A DNA stretch of 64,000 nt from Chrysomallon squamiferum (GCA_012295275.1 CM022673.1:9114001-9178000); one strand, 5' to 3'. Positions 30,207-46,662 are shown, counted from the first letter of the stretch. Made by a program: numbers and translations. Notes: generated by a model from the letters alone, not told the origin.

Positions 30207-33105
30207 ATTTTTTTGAAATTAAGAAAATCCTCAATATATGATAGAAATCTCGAAAACATTACTTATTAAGATTAAAATGTTGTTTATCTATGTTATGTAT
30301 GTTTATACACGTATACACACACACGTCAAACACATATACTAATGTATAAGGTTTTAGCATACAATGAATGTTCTTACACTCTTTGCTGTTTTCACAGTCT
30401 TCTTTTGGTGCGCAATATTTCTGATCTGTAATATATTTATTTTATATGGATATTAAAAAAGCTTAGTATATAATATCGATTTTAAGCGCATGGAATTACC
30501 TGATGGGTTTTATATATATATATATATATATATATAAATTAACTAATACAGTGATAATATCATTTGTATGTAACACATAAGAGTAATGATTACATAAAAG
30601 TGATGATCTTTTCGATGATTTTAAACTCCAGCAATATCGCCTATTTTCCCGCAAAAGGAAAGTTCAGTTCGGTGCTAAATCTGCAGAAATTGGAAGCACA
30701 CGTTCCAGTTTAAAAGTGATAAATCATTGTCTTGGTGATAATAATAATTTATTGTCCAATAACACTTTTTTCATCTGAGCTGGTTTGTTGAATGTTAAGC
30801 ATGTTTTATATCCTATTTTTGTCTACGAAAAGAGAATACGATCTTACAATTATAATTCAGATGAAAATTTATAAAAAAAAAGCCATGCAGTAATTTAGAT
30901 AAATAAATAAATGTATTACTTAATTAATATTTTAATAAATGATAATGATGATGATGATGGTAAAAACAACAACCACACCATTAATATCAGTAACATCAAT
31001 AATAACAGCAACAGTTATTATTATTATTATTATTACAACTTCTATTACTACTACTACTACAATACTACAGCTACAACTTCTACCAGTACAGCTTCTACCA
31101 TTAATACTAATATTACTACTACCACTACTACTACTACTACTATAATTATTATTATTACTTATGTTCTTGTTGTTGTTCCTATTTGGCTAGTTTATTGTTT
31201 ATTTCATTGTTTGATGCGCTGCTTAACGTTTTGTTTGTTTAGTTATTTTGGTTGGTTGTTTGGTTGCTTGGTGGGTTGATTGCTTGATCTGATAGTTGAC
31301 TACTGGTAGATTGCTGTGTTTATTATTTGCGTATAAGTTGTTTGTGTTTTTTATTTTTTATTTGGTTGGTTGAGTGGGTAGGTTGTCATTTAAACAGATA
31401 GCTGCTTTATAGTTAGTTGGTTAGTTTGTTGGTCGAATGGTTAGCTGGTGATTGTTATTTCCGTGCAGACAAAAAGCAAGGAACTAATCAGAACAAACCA
31501 AGTATTCCCGCAGTCACTTTATGTTTTGGCACAAAGACAAATTATACTTATTTGCATTTGTATTAAAAGCCTTTTCCCCGGAGATACAGAAACACACGAG
31601 ACGACGGCCATACAGACAAATAAAGGGAGGGTATTAATATCAATAAAACCGATTAACTGTGATGCCCAACGAACCTTAAACAATTAAACGTGAATCACCC
31701 TCTTACAGGGGATAAGTTGAAACAATGCTTCGTTAATTTTGAGACTTAATTTATGGAAACGTGCCATAAAAGAGTTGGCCGTTTTCTAATCGACGTATTC
31801 TTATCACGATCATTTGAAATGTATCTCTTGAAGAGAAGACAAGCTTGCGCGGCATTTTGCTGGTCAAAGGAGCGGCTCCTCAACAGTGTTTGTTCAGTGT
31901 ATTTCTTTTCTTTCTTCCTTTTTTTTTTTTTTTTTTTTTTTTTACATAGTTCTCTGTGGCCATATGTTATCCGCAGTAAACTGCCAAGGCTATTCTCACA
32001 CGGATAAATATTTGAGACAAAAGATAAAAGTTTAACCCAAAAAAAAGAGATAATCAGATTGTGTTGAAGTTACATCACACTGGTAGTCAAACCGATTCTT
32101 GCCCTTTCGTTCAAATAAATAAGAAATAAATTTAAAAGTGCTGAAGTTTAATAATCAATATACTACTCAAGGATGTCGAAACTGAAGAGGATTATGTTAA
32201 CGATTATGATGCCAGTGATGAGACGGTGATGATGATTATACAACAGCTATAATGTTAGAACTGAAAGCAGCTTTGTTGATAAAGAAACAGGCAAATATTT
32301 ATTTATTTATTTATTTGAATTTTAAAATGTGTTGTAAACTTTAAATGTTTAGCCGTTTTCTTTGTTCTTTTTCTTTTTTCTTCTAATAAATATCGTCATC
32401 AATTTCAAAATTACAAAGTAAAACCTGATAATATTTCAAACTACAAAACCAAAATGCTTTTATAAACTCTTAACGAGATCAAAAACGTTTTACAATAACT
32501 ATCTGAATAAAATTCTTCTGTCTGATGTCATCTCTCTGAGCTTTCATCTTACAAATATTAAATACACTAAAACACGAGGCCAGACACGCGTTGGTCGTCA
32601 CAAACCCGTATTAGCCATAACAGTCGTTTGCGGCACGTCATCTGTGATTTGTTGGACCTTTACGTGTACTATCGGTTGCAGCATTAGAAAACAAATGGCT
32701 GCCCACTGTAAATGACTCAACACTCTCAAGTAGCCTGCGACATAAAGTAAATCCGTCCACGAAGAATCCACCGGCGAGGTAAAACTTAAGGAACGCCAGT
32801 CTTGGAAATTAAGAACTTTATCGCCGCGTTTGGGAGCGGCAGGAAATTGACGTCCGGTTGGCAATATGGCGTCCGGTGTAAACGCTAACTGCGTAATGGT
32901 GACAAATTGACAAGCTGTTAAGACGCTGGAATAAATATTTCAAACGTGTATGAAAATTAGATAAATCAAAAGAACAAGGTTGGACGTATATTCTCGTTTG
33001 TTAATCATGCCGTGCAGGCAATGAATTTAAATAGACAGTTACGAGAATCCATTCTAATTGCGTAATCACGCCTGTCGTGTAGTTTAGGTCTTGTACAGTC
33101 ACGAC

Positions 33106-33185
<80 letters not shown>

Positions 33186-34018
33186 TACAGTTTTGTTATC
33201 AAGGTGATACTGTACTGAAGTTTTCAAAAGGTTTACCACTTTTCTTCTATTTTCGTAAAATATGAGATGAAAAGAAGTTTGCCTCTGCCTGTGTAATTAT
33301 ACACCAATATAAAAACATTTATTTATATACTCAATACTGTAAATCTTAAAGTTAATTAATTTGTAATTATATTTTGCTAATACAGTTTGCATTAATACTA
33401 TACTGCATTTTTCTCACCCACACTACCCTCGGCACACATACATGCACGCACTCACACGCATTCATATGAAATAGTTTGTATTTTCAAAACAGAAATTCTG
33501 TTATTACCATTATAAGGACAGTAAAACAAAGATATACAACCACCAACTAATCATTTTAAAATTAAAAAAAAAAAAAAAGACTGAATGACTCAAGGTCTTT
33601 TCAAAGAAAAAAAAACAAAACAAAACAAAAATCCCCAGGAAATCAAAAGCAGTAAAATAGAAATACTATCCTGTGCGATCCAGGAAACATGAAAATAAAA
33701 AACTGAAAATCAGAACATAAACTAAAAGTTAAAAGCCACCTCATACATATTCCTCCTTCACCATCCTTAAATTTGTTTTCTTGCTGACTTCATCCCACAA
33801 GCGATTTGGAAAAAAATAAAAAAGGAAAAAGGCCATACGTACTGACATAAACTTGTTTTCAATGAAACGTGCTAAATGTTACATATGTTCTTCTTCTCTT
33901 GGTAGATGAGAACTAAGTTAAAACAAATGATCGTATTTAACTTTTGAAAGGTACAAATGATTCGTCTTCCTGTTTTGATAATTTAGGGTTTATATATTTT
34001 TTATAGCTTATGTGGGAG

Positions 34019-34078
<60 letters not shown>

Positions 34079-34262
34079 TTATTATTATAATTATTATGAC
34101 AACAATAACAAAATTATAATTATAGAAGCAGTTATAATTACCGTGATTTATATTTTTTTTTATTTCTAATTTCTGTTCTTTTTTTTTAAATTGGATTAAT
34201 TATTATTTAGTTTAGATTCATTTTGTTTTATTTATACTGATTACTACCATACGATAACGATG

Positions 34263-34306
<44 letters not shown>

Positions 34307-34402
34307 CAACAACAACAATAATAACATCAAGAACAATGTCAGTAATTCAAGTAACTGTAACAAATATTTTGCTATTTATTATTATTGTCGTTGCTGTTGT
34401 TT

Positions 34403-34438
<36 letters not shown>

Positions 34439-34446
34439 TTCTTCTT

Positions 34447-34512
<66 letters not shown>

Positions 34513-34659
34513 ACCATCATAGGTCAGTGGTATCAATGATCACATAAAGAAAATAATTTGAAAAAGAGAACGATAACAAAAAAAAAAAAAAAATAAAATA
34601 AAAAATAAGAAATAAAAAAATAAGAAAAAAACACTTATAAACTTATGTGACTCAGTCGT

Positions 34660-34995
34660 TAACTAAAGACTAGCAATGGCCTAACCAAATGCCTAACTAA
34701 CTGTTTAATCCGTAAACTAGCCAAATGCTTAATAAATGGCACAGCCATTGTCTTGAACACTGACAGATAACTAAGGGTTTAAAGAAAATATTAGCCAATG
34801 GCCAAACCTATAACTTAAACAATGGACTAACCGAAGACTTGGCCAAGTTCTTAACCAGTGGCCAAAAAAAAAAAAAAAAAAAAAAGGCACAAATAATGGA
34901 ATAACGAATGACTCAAATTATGAAATAAAGAATGACTCACACAGTGGAATAAAGAATGACTCAAATAATGGAATGAGAAATGACTTAATGAGTAA
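34660..34995. repeat. Degenerate ~24-bp minisatellite containing TGACTCA motifs
   Basis: Unit ataatggaataaagaatgactcaa with TGACTCA at 34909, 34933 and 34957 and TGACTTA at 34981 (period 24), preceded by more degenerate aatggcc.aacc units. Confidence 0.75.
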
Positions 34996-35246
34996 ACTAA
35001 CTAAACCAGTTGCGGTCACCAAAAGTAGGACATTATGACCGTACTAAATCTGGAACAGCTCATTGAAATTCAAATAAAACGGTAACCAATACGAAGAAGT
35101 AACCTGAAGATTCCTAATTTAAGTGTCTTGTCAGAATGAATGATTTTTTCTTTTCAGCAAAGCTTCTTGTGTTTTACCCCATTAATAATCCGAGACGAAC
35201 TTCAGACGATGAATAATTCAAAGGTAGGTACCAAAAACAGATACTC

Positions 35247-35403
35247 TTTCTGATTGGTTTATACACATTTTGTTCAATAGTGCACCCATGTGAGTCCTTG
35301 GGATTGAATATCTTCAGAAACAATATAAAAAGAGTGAGTAGAGAATAACTGGGCCTCTAGAAATTAAAAAATATCAACAGGATTAGAACATCTCCTGCAG
35401 AAC
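35247..35403 (+). promoter_or_regulatory. Promoter and non-coding first exon of precursor B
   Basis: tttctgattggttta (35247-35261, identical 15-mer to the precursor A promoter), TATAAAAA (35324-35331), short exon ending at a gtaagt donor (35404). Confidence 0.7.
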
Positions 35404-35654
35404 GTAAGTATTTGTGGCTTGTTATACAGAGGCTTAATTATTATTGTTATTACTGTTATTTTTATAAGTTTTTAATCTGTTTAGAATCATAGATGTCACT
35501 ACACTTCTGTAAGTAATATTAATATGAAATGCTTCGTATCTAGTGTGAATTAAGCTATCACAGAACGTTCGCGTGTATCTATAAATAATTGTTATATTAT
35601 CATTAAGCGTTTTATGACTGACATGAATTAAGCATCTAACAAGTTTCCAATACC

Positions 35655-35716
35655 GAGAGGAAACCCACTGTCGTCATTTAGTGGCCAGTTCTTACTGAAT
35701 GGCGGTAAGGAGTCTT
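35655..35716. mobile_element. Probable SINE core remnant
   Basis: gagaggaaacccactgtcg...ttcttactgaatggcggtaaggagtctt resembles the conserved core (gagaggaaacccgctg...gattagcagcaagggatcttt) I recall from molluscan tRNA-derived SINEs. A related remnant lies at ~55810-55925. Confidence 0.4.
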
Positions 35717-36241
35717 ACTGGCTTATTCCGAATGGCAGAGAAAGTTTGTATAATGATTATAAAACAGAAGAAAAAAAAAATATCACGCTGGCGATATTCC
35801 GTGGCCTATTCTTGTCAGATTTTAAAGAAACACTTAGGTAAGTACTGCACTGCCTGACAAAGAAAGAATATAGTTTTGGTGTCTATGAGAAGGCTGAACT
35901 AAAAGATCGTCTCTTGCTAATCGAAAAAGAGTAGTCTACAGCAAGACTGTTGAAGATTTTCTTTCTCGATATTATGTATTTCATAGACTTCGTTCATGTT
36001 GCATCATATATTAGTAATTTTAAAATATGTTAAATGCACAGATAAATGTAAAATTTTATTTTCTTGTGCGAACTGTCTCAACTGAGCAAATCCGTATCAC
36101 AAATAAGTTGTTACATTCAAATGTTTCTATTTAAATTATTTATATTTTGTTCAGGGGAACAAAAGAAGAAGAGAAAAGAAACGACAATGATGATGATTAT
36201 GATAATGATGATAATGGTGGCTATGATGACGACTATAATTA

Positions 36242-36308
<67 letters not shown>

Positions 36309-36442
36309 ACGAAAACTTAAGAATGCGTGCGTATGCACGTATATGCATCAGATTACATTTATATATGTATGTATGGTGTATTAGTATGTTTCAAAGTAAA
36401 CGTTATTAAAACAAACAAAAACAAAAAACAAAAAAAAAATTG

Positions 36443-36611
36443 GTTATATGAATGAACTTAATAACAGGTTACTGATAAATTCTTAGCCTGCTAGACGTTT
36501 AACAATGTAAACAATACTGTGGGGAAATGACGGCGAACTGTAAATACTTATACATTACTTAACAGCAAATGAAACCGCGATCTGGGAAATAATCTTACGT
36601 TCCACGTGTCT
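36443..36611 (+). repeat. 169-bp direct repeat, copy 1 (intron 1 of precursor B)
   Basis: gttatatgaatgaac...gttccacgtgtct, nearly identical to 38206-38374. Confidence 0.95.
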
Positions 36612-38205
36612 GTGTCTTTGTCCGCAAAATTTGTATTTTTTTATTTTAATTTAAATTATTTTTAAATTAATGTCTCAGTAGCGAATAAAAAACTGTCCCC
36701 GGCTGCAGCAACTTACAAGAAATTTGAATACGACCATGAAAAGACGCAAACTTTGAGAATAAATGTTAACAGTTTCAAACTTTTGTTTTTACAAATGTTA
36801 ATATCATCTTCTTCTTCAAATAATACTGTCATTTCATTTTAAAAGTCAGCTATGGTCTAAAATGGAAGTTCAGAAAAACAGTTATCTGATTCCTTACATT
36901 TGAGATAAAGACAGAGACATTTATTGAATTTCCACCAGGTTCCTGCAACAGATGGAAGCCTGCTGACAATTAACCGTTAGATGGTTATTTTATAATAAAT
37001 ATGATCAATGCGTGACTTCCAAAATAAAACAAATTAGATCAACAGCTCTATTTAAGAGGAGTCGTCAAGAACTGAATGAAACAACTTTGTATCTAATCAT
37101 AAATTGTCTGTTAAAGACTGTGGTTATACTGATCCATAGCGAATGCTTATAGATGCAACGCTTTTACATTCTTGTCATAATAAACTCCGTGAAAAAAAAA
37201 AAAAAAAATGACTAGATCAAAGTGTTGATGTTACATTATGAATGGGAATAAGAATAGAAGAGAATCATAAAACTTCGCTATAAAGTACAGCAATAATTGG
37301 GGAATGCAGATTTCTATGTTTAATAAGATAACCAGGCGCAGATTTTTGAAAAACAAAAACGCTGACGTAGGTGAATATAGAAAATATGATCTAAAACGTT
37401 AGGCAAACGAGAAAGAACTATGTGGAAGATGCGGATGATGCGGATTCGAAAAGTCACATAGCAACGTCCAGCTACGGATAAACAATGCGATAAATTTGAT
37501 CGTTTTTCTAAACTGAGCAGAACTAAATCTGTGCCAGTCGATATCGTTGATTATCACGGTCATTGTGATGAACAATTCATTGCATTTTATAAGACATATT
37601 CTCCAGAAGACAATTTGCATAAAGTTTAAGCTATGAATTCTCTAAGTTTCATGCTGTCCTTCAAAGATGAAAAACTCTGAAAAGTCACATATATCTACTG
37701 AAAATAATCCACAGTTTTCTTCTGTAGATTTTACAAAACTATATGAAGATTATGGCATTGATCATTTTATTTTTTCTCCAAACTACGTCCCAGTGATGAA
37801 GCAAAGAGGGCTATACAGACATTTAACAAACTTTGGTCTAAAACCAGTGATAAGCAATTGTCTTAGTTAGACTATCAAACATCTGCATTGTTAAGCAGTT
37901 TCTCAAGCCCAAGTTGTATGATATCAGTAATGAAAGTATGTGCGTAGGCACAGATACAGAGAACAAACAAATAAAAAAAGATAAGAAGAGAGATCCCCAG
38001 AGAGGACGGTCCCAATGTCAGATACTGATAAATGTACTGTGTCTTTGTTCTAGTCCTCTTATATGCAACAAAAATAAGTACAAACGTAACGTGTCAACTT
38101 CATCTGCGAAACACGAAAGATACAAGAAGAATCTTCATTACTTCCGATACATGGATGGAATAAATATGACGTTATCCAAAAAAAAAAAAAAAAAGAAAAA
38201 GTAGT

Positions 38206-38374
38206 GTTATATGAATGAACTTAATAACAGGTTACTGATAAATTCTTAGCCTGCTAGACGTTTAACAATGTAAACAATACTGTGGGGAAATGACGGCGAA
38301 CTGTAAATACTTATACATTACTTCGCAGGAAATGAAACCGCGATCTGGGAAATAATCTTACGTTCCACGTGTCT
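38206..38374 (+). repeat. 169-bp direct repeat, copy 2
   Basis: Matches 36443-36611 except around cttaacagcaaatg vs cttcgcaggaaatg. Confidence 0.95.
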
Positions 38375-39445
38375 ATTTTTTACAGGAGAAAATCTTGTAA
38401 AACTCATCCTACCAATTTGTCCGAAAAAAGAAAATAATGTTAAACCTCCAGGAATGAACTTGTACAGACAAGTGTAAAATATCAGTTTAAGACGGTTAAA
38501 GAAGCATATCCTCTGTTTCGTATTATTACTAGAAATGGTAGAATTAGTAATCTTCCCAGTGCGATAGATTCATAGTCTGAGAACTTCAAGTCTTAGTATT
38601 TGCATCCAGAGCTGAGGCTAACTTCTAAAATTTTAATTTATGATAATTATTTGTGTTAAGTTATACTAATGTTTTAATGATTCAGTTTATCGTTTCAGAA
38701 AAAAGATTGTTTATATTAGCTTTTGCTGGATGTTGACATTTATAACTTATTATTGTGCTAGTGACACTGCCCACAACTGATTTTAAGATAATAGTATATA
38801 GTGCCACTCTACTGGTTAAGATATTTAAATTTATTTTGGTTTACCTCTGACTGATACGTCACAAACCAGCTTGAGTACCCAGCGGCACAAATCGTCTATA
38901 GTCATTATTTACTCAACAATAAATTTTTGTATGAACATAATGTTTTGGTATAGCTTTAAACAAATTTAGTATATTTACGACATCAAGATATCAAGAGATA
39001 TGGTCCCTGTATAAATCTCTTTGCTTTACTATCTATAAATATCTAATGTTGTTGTATATTATAAGAAGGATAAGTTATTAACATTGTAATAACTGGTCTT
39101 TAAATTTGTTAACACATCAGTATCTCTTTTTTTTCTTAATTTCTTTCTTCTTTTTTTTTATAATGAGGGGAAACTGAGCTTACTTCACTTGTTATTACAA
39201 ACTGTATCTTGCTTTAGTTTTATATATTCTACAGGGTTAAAACGCTTAATAAATGAAGGAATCATTACTGTTTTATTCTCAGTTTGTTTTCTGAATATTA
39301 TCATGTTCCAAATGTTTAAATACGACAGGCTTAAAAATTTAGGATTCAGACACGATACCTATGGATGTGAGTACAGGATTTTAACATGAGATTTTTTTTA
39401 ATGAATAATCCTCTTTATTAAAAACTGTTTACTTATAGGACAGCA

Positions 39446-41375
<1,930 letters not shown>

Positions 41376-41850
41376 AGAAAATATGAACATCATGAAAATG
41401 GAGAAAAAAAGGACAATACAATTTCTAGTCTTTTTTTTTAATATTTTGCTTGTATTATTTCACTGTTTGTTTACCCGTTTCATTGTTTCTATTTTTTACA
41501 ATGTTGTGTTTCCGAGTTTTCTGTCGAACAAACAAAGAATCCTGAATAAATAATACATTATTAAAGATAATGTGTTTTATTGTTGTTGTTTTCTTTAGTT
41601 TCTCGGGGGGGGGGGATTTTTTTTTTGATTCTTTCTTTTTTTTCTTTTTTTTTGTGTGTGTGTGTGTATATTTTCGCAAAGAGAGCAAATGAAAATGTCA
41701 TAAAAGACTGAGCCGGTTTCCATGACAGGTTTCACTTTCACAGATTTAAATTGTTCCAAACTTCCACGTAAAACTTCTGACAATCATTATTTATTTATTT
41801 ATGTATTTATTTATTTTCAAATATAATTAATAAAGAATTAATGTCATCAA

Positions 41851-41881
<31 letters not shown>

Positions 41882-44800
41882 TATAATTCACGAAGAAATC
41901 ATCAACAAAAATGGTTATCTCCCTTACACCACATTTTGTAAATTATTTACTATCAAAATATTTCTTATCTCTGTACTCGTTTGCATTCATGTTTTGTCTT
42001 CCCGTCAAAAGTCAGGGTTCCTCACAGGTTTTATCAAATTAAGTCTGTGAAACTGATTTTTCATTCTATGAAGTATAACAAAATCACTATTTGCTACAGA
42101 GCAATAGCAAAATTTTCTGAAGTAGTAACTGGGTTTTTTTGTTGGTTTTTTGTTGTGTTTTTCTCATTTTTTTTCTCATTCAGATGATGTGTTATTTAAA
42201 TAAGTGAAAAGAGAAAGAGAGAGAAGTATATATATAATCAAATATATTTAAGTGCAAACATCGATAATTGCAAGAACGGACTCATTCGAACTACTACGAT
42301 GATGAATCTAACCACATTTTTTTTTTTTAATTTTTTATTTTTTATTATTATTATTATTATTACTTTTTTTTTAATAGATGAAAAAATCATCAAAGACTGA
42401 GTAGGTTTCATTAGCTGCTTTCCACTGTTTAAATTATTGTAAATTTCCATGTGAAAAATTCAGACAAATATTTTTATTTATTTATTTTATAATTTATTTA
42501 TTTATTTCCAAATATAAGTAACAAAGAATTGATGTCATCGTAAAAAACGATAATAACTATAATTCTATTTTTAATTGTTTGTTTTTTCAGACATCGCAGC
42601 AAGGTTCAGGAAATAGAAATAATTCTGATTAAAATTTGCTAAGTATGTGTATAAATTATGAGCATAATATTTAATTTTTGTGTGGTTGTGATGGAACATT
42701 CCAAATTGATTGCTGTTGTATTTTTGGAATTTTTAAAGTATTATCAGATGGGACCATGATTATGAGTATTTTACAGTTCATCTAAATTACTGTTTTTTAA
42801 AAACAAAAATAAGAAATATACTTATTGCAGTAGCTTTATTATATATTTTTCATTTCGTTTGACGAAAATGTATTTCAGAAATTTATTTGCTTTTGTTATT
42901 GTTACCTGTTCTGTATAATATTTTTTTGGATCAAAATTTCATCTTTTAAAATTTTTGTCATTAGAGAGAAAAAAAAATTCATCCTAATTATAAGTTTAGT
43001 GACAATGATTTTGTGAATAATTATCATATTTAATCAGGCTTTCATTAACTTTACTAGAAATTGTATTTTTGTCTTCTGGTCTGCAAAAAATGTTGTTAGA
43101 TCCAATTAAATGCCATGTTTAATTTTTTTTTTATAAATATGTTGATATGGAAATTTGATTAATTATCAAATTCTATTATAACTGGTTTTGTAAATAATAA
43201 AAAATTCAGTAAGTATTTATTCTACTCTCAAAATTGGCCAAAATTTACATTTTACATTTCATCATCAACACTATTTTTATGAATCGTAGTGATGGTTTAT
43301 CTATGATTTCATGTGTCTTAGAAGGTAATTTTACAAAATATTTTGTCATTGTTTTGATTAATATTAATGTATATTCACTGGATAATTTAGATTTCTGGTG
43401 TGAAGTTGAATCAGTTTTTGAGCTAGTTTTATGTTTCAGTTTTTTCTTTCTTCACTTTATTTGCTGACTGATCACTTGATTCCAAAGCTTCTACTGTTTA
43501 TATTTCTTTACAGTATAATAATGTTGGTAAATTTTGTATGATGTTTATTTATTTATTTTATTTCATTTTTTATTTTATTTTTTCTAATCATTTTCATAAG
43601 CTAGAAAATAAAAGATATACTACAGATTTTACAGAAGAAGAAAAATCCTTTTTATCTGGTTCCTATTTTTCTTTCTTTTTGTGAAGCATTAACTTTCATA
43701 ACTTTTTTTTTTTCTTTCCAGAACCTAAGAGACTAAGCTCCATAGTTTTCAATGCATAAACAGATAATGTTATATTTGTAATTTCATATATGTACACAAA
43801 TATAATACATTTGTACATACATTGGCACATACACGGATGCATACACCTGCATTACTAAAATACACACAGACACCCATCCCATTTTTTTACTGTATGTCTG
43901 ATTCAGAAGAAAAATACGGGGCATTTATGAAATCTTTATTTAAGTTCAAGATACGTAATTAAACAGGAATATCTGTATCACTTCTTTCTTTGTATATGTA
44001 TTACTGAATGATGCATATTAATAATTTTGCTTTCTGTTACAAGCATGTGATAAAGTAAAAGTAAATGAAAACATTTTGCTGTAAAAATGCTGTGAAAGTG
44101 TTGTATTTTTGTTCGAATAGAAAATGTCTCTGAAAATACTTTTATATCTAGTTTGGTTTTTATTGAATGAATGTTTTGTGTATGATTTGATACTGTGTCA
44201 TCAATTTTTTTTTTTTTTTTTAAATTATTATTTATATAAATTATAAAAATGAAATATTGTTGCATAATATCTGATCGCCGCCATTCTACCCCTTCAAATC
44301 AAGAGTCATGACATCTGTTACATCTCGAATTTTCACCCATCACAATAATTATATATTACCCTGTCTGACTAGTGCTAAAATGTGTTGGTGAAATAAAAAT
44401 ATAGGCAAACTCATCAAGGCAGTTATCTGCAAATCAAAAAGATGTCAAAGTTAAATTGCAAGGTAGGTAATTGTATGTGTGTGCGCGCATTTCTAAAGAC
44501 AACTAAAACTAAATTAATCTAGAAAGATTTTGTACACTTTCTAATGATAGATTTATGATACTCATCATACTGTTCAAGCAGATCAATCTTTTCTAACAAT
44601 AAAGTAGTAGTACCACCACATCTCTCTCTCGCGCGCGCGCGCAAATTGAGATGACATAATAAAAATATGTTATGGCATAAAGTGATAATATATGATGTGA
44701 TAAAACAAGACATAACAAACATTGTATAATATAATATAATATAACAATATAGCAACATAACATAACATAATATAATATAATATAATATAATATAATATAA

Positions 44801-45040
44801 TATAATATAATATAATATAATATAATATAATGTAATTAACATATATTCATGACATTACAACTAATTGAAAATAAAAATACTTATGTATTGAAACAGTGTA
44901 ACTGACTGTCACGGGGCCCAGCACGTAAGAGGTGTTAGCTTTCAAGAGCTAACGACCCTATTAAAATATGGTTCGTTTCTTGTCCAGGGACTGCGCCTTT
45001 TGGTGACGGCTCATGTAACAGATACATATATTTGTGTATA

Positions 45041-45624
45041 CAGAGTGTCCCAAAAGTAACCGAACCGCAAACTTAAATAAAATTAGATATTAAAAACAAC
45101 AAATTTAATCTGTATATTTAGTATTTACAAATGTTCAAAATGTCTACCTTGAACTTCAATACAATCACTGTTTTTGGACGACCTTTGTTAGGAGCATTTG
45201 ACACACTTCCAGTTACTTCAAATTTGGAAACAAGATTGAACACTGTCGATTTACTCGGTACAGGTGTTCTAAAGTTTACTTCCCATCTTTCTTCAACATG
45301 CTTGTAGCTAGTCATTGCATAGTAATCCTTAATAACGAAGATACGTTCGTTTAAATGTAAAGTTCTTCGCTGCATTTTTAAGAGTGAGGGTACCATTTCA
45401 AGTCAAACCATGGAGAATCCAGTAGCGCGCGATAAAACAGAAGTCTCGATCACGAAGAATACGACAATCAGGTAACAAAAATCATTCCAAAGAGTACTAC
45501 TGACAGAAGTAAATGAACAGTACAAAAGATAACATAAAATGACATAAAAGATGGAATTAAATTTGTTATTTTTAATATCTAATTTTATTTAAGTTTGCGG
45601 TTCGGTTATTTTTGGGACACCCTG
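45041..45624 (-). mobile_element. Internally deleted Tc1/mariner-superfamily element with DUF4817-like HTH fragment
   Basis: ~70-bp TIRs (cagagtgtcccaaaagtaaccgaaccgcaaacttaaataaaattagatattaaaaa... / ...tttttaatatctaattttatttaagtttgcggttcggttatttttgggacaccctg) with TA at 45039-40 and 45625-26. ORF 45396-45118 (ERIFVIKDYY...PSKSTVFNLVSKFEVTGSVSNAPNKGRPKTV) is a transposase N-terminal HTH with a GRPK motif. No DDE/D domain. Confidence 0.9.
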
Positions 45625-45739
45625 TATACTACATGTATAAGTTATTGGTCTGTATAATATCAAGTATCCACTATGAACACAAAACAAAACAATATTTATA
45701 TTACAAAGATAATTATTAAATGACATTATTTAGATGGAA

Positions 45740-46662
45740 TTAAATTTTATAATTCCTATTTCTTTAATTTTCACTAACAGGGTATGTTAGAAATCTATAT
45801 AAATCAAACTCTCTATACAGGTTACATCAAACTGATCAACAAATCAAACAGAGCATACAGAAACAGGATAACCATTTGTCCCTGCTTCCGACTTAAACAA
45901 AGATTCATCTTTGCGTTATAACGTTATAACGCAAAATATAGTTAACAACATGGCCGCCAACTCCACAGTCCCACCCGTGTGTTCTCTTTGTTCTCTGTGT
46001 GTGGTATGGTATGGTATGGTATGGTATGGTAACTCTTTTTACGTGCACACGTCCAGTTCAAGGTTCAGGGACGCCTATCACTGGGATCGCCAGGGATGGG
46101 TTCCGGGACAGGATGTTCTCTGTGGTCTCACCACTTGGGCTCTTTTGTCTTTTATTAAATAAACATGTCGCGGACTTCTCTGAAGTCAGCAGAGCGTAGC
46201 TGACAAAAATTCCTTTTGTCTCTCGCTAATGATCGTTAATTGTTAGGCGATTTCATTAATTGGATTACTGTTAGCCAACAGTAGATATTTAATTAATAGA
46301 TACGTGTTAGGAATATTTGTAGAAATGAATGGGTTACATATTTACTTACTTCAATGATACATGCAGGAAATGTTAGACTGTATTAAAATAAGCTACTTAG
46401 GTAAATAATAAATATGTTACCGACATTTTCCAAAACTGTGCCTTAATAGTACAACAATATAAAATATTATAATAATGAAAAAAATAGCTACCAGCGGATT
46501 CTACAAGTACGTATAATCTAAATAGCAATCTGTCGTATAATAAATAAGTTAGGACCAATTTGCTAAGTTAAAGAAACACAGAAAACAGAATATCTAAATA
46601 CGGCTGTAAAAACTTTGCATAACTCGACCAAGGCCCTATTAGGTTATGGTTAAGGTCATACT
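45740..46662 (-). repeat. Second copy (inverted) of the unclassified repeat at 4190-4995
   Basis: Reverse-complement similarity along its length, interrupted by an insert at ~46000-46140. Boundaries approximate. Confidence 0.8.
46001..46140 (-). mobile_element. Probable 5'-truncated retroposon (SINE/LINE 3' end) with (TACCA)n tail
   Basis: (TGGTA)6 followed by ~110 bp of GC-richer sequence that is missing from the homologous position of the 4190-4995 copy. Confidence 0.5.

Noticed and set aside
36443-38374. Direct repeats as LTRs of a TRIM/LTR element
   Set aside because: No TG...CA termini, target-site duplication, primer-binding site or polypurine tract that I could identify.
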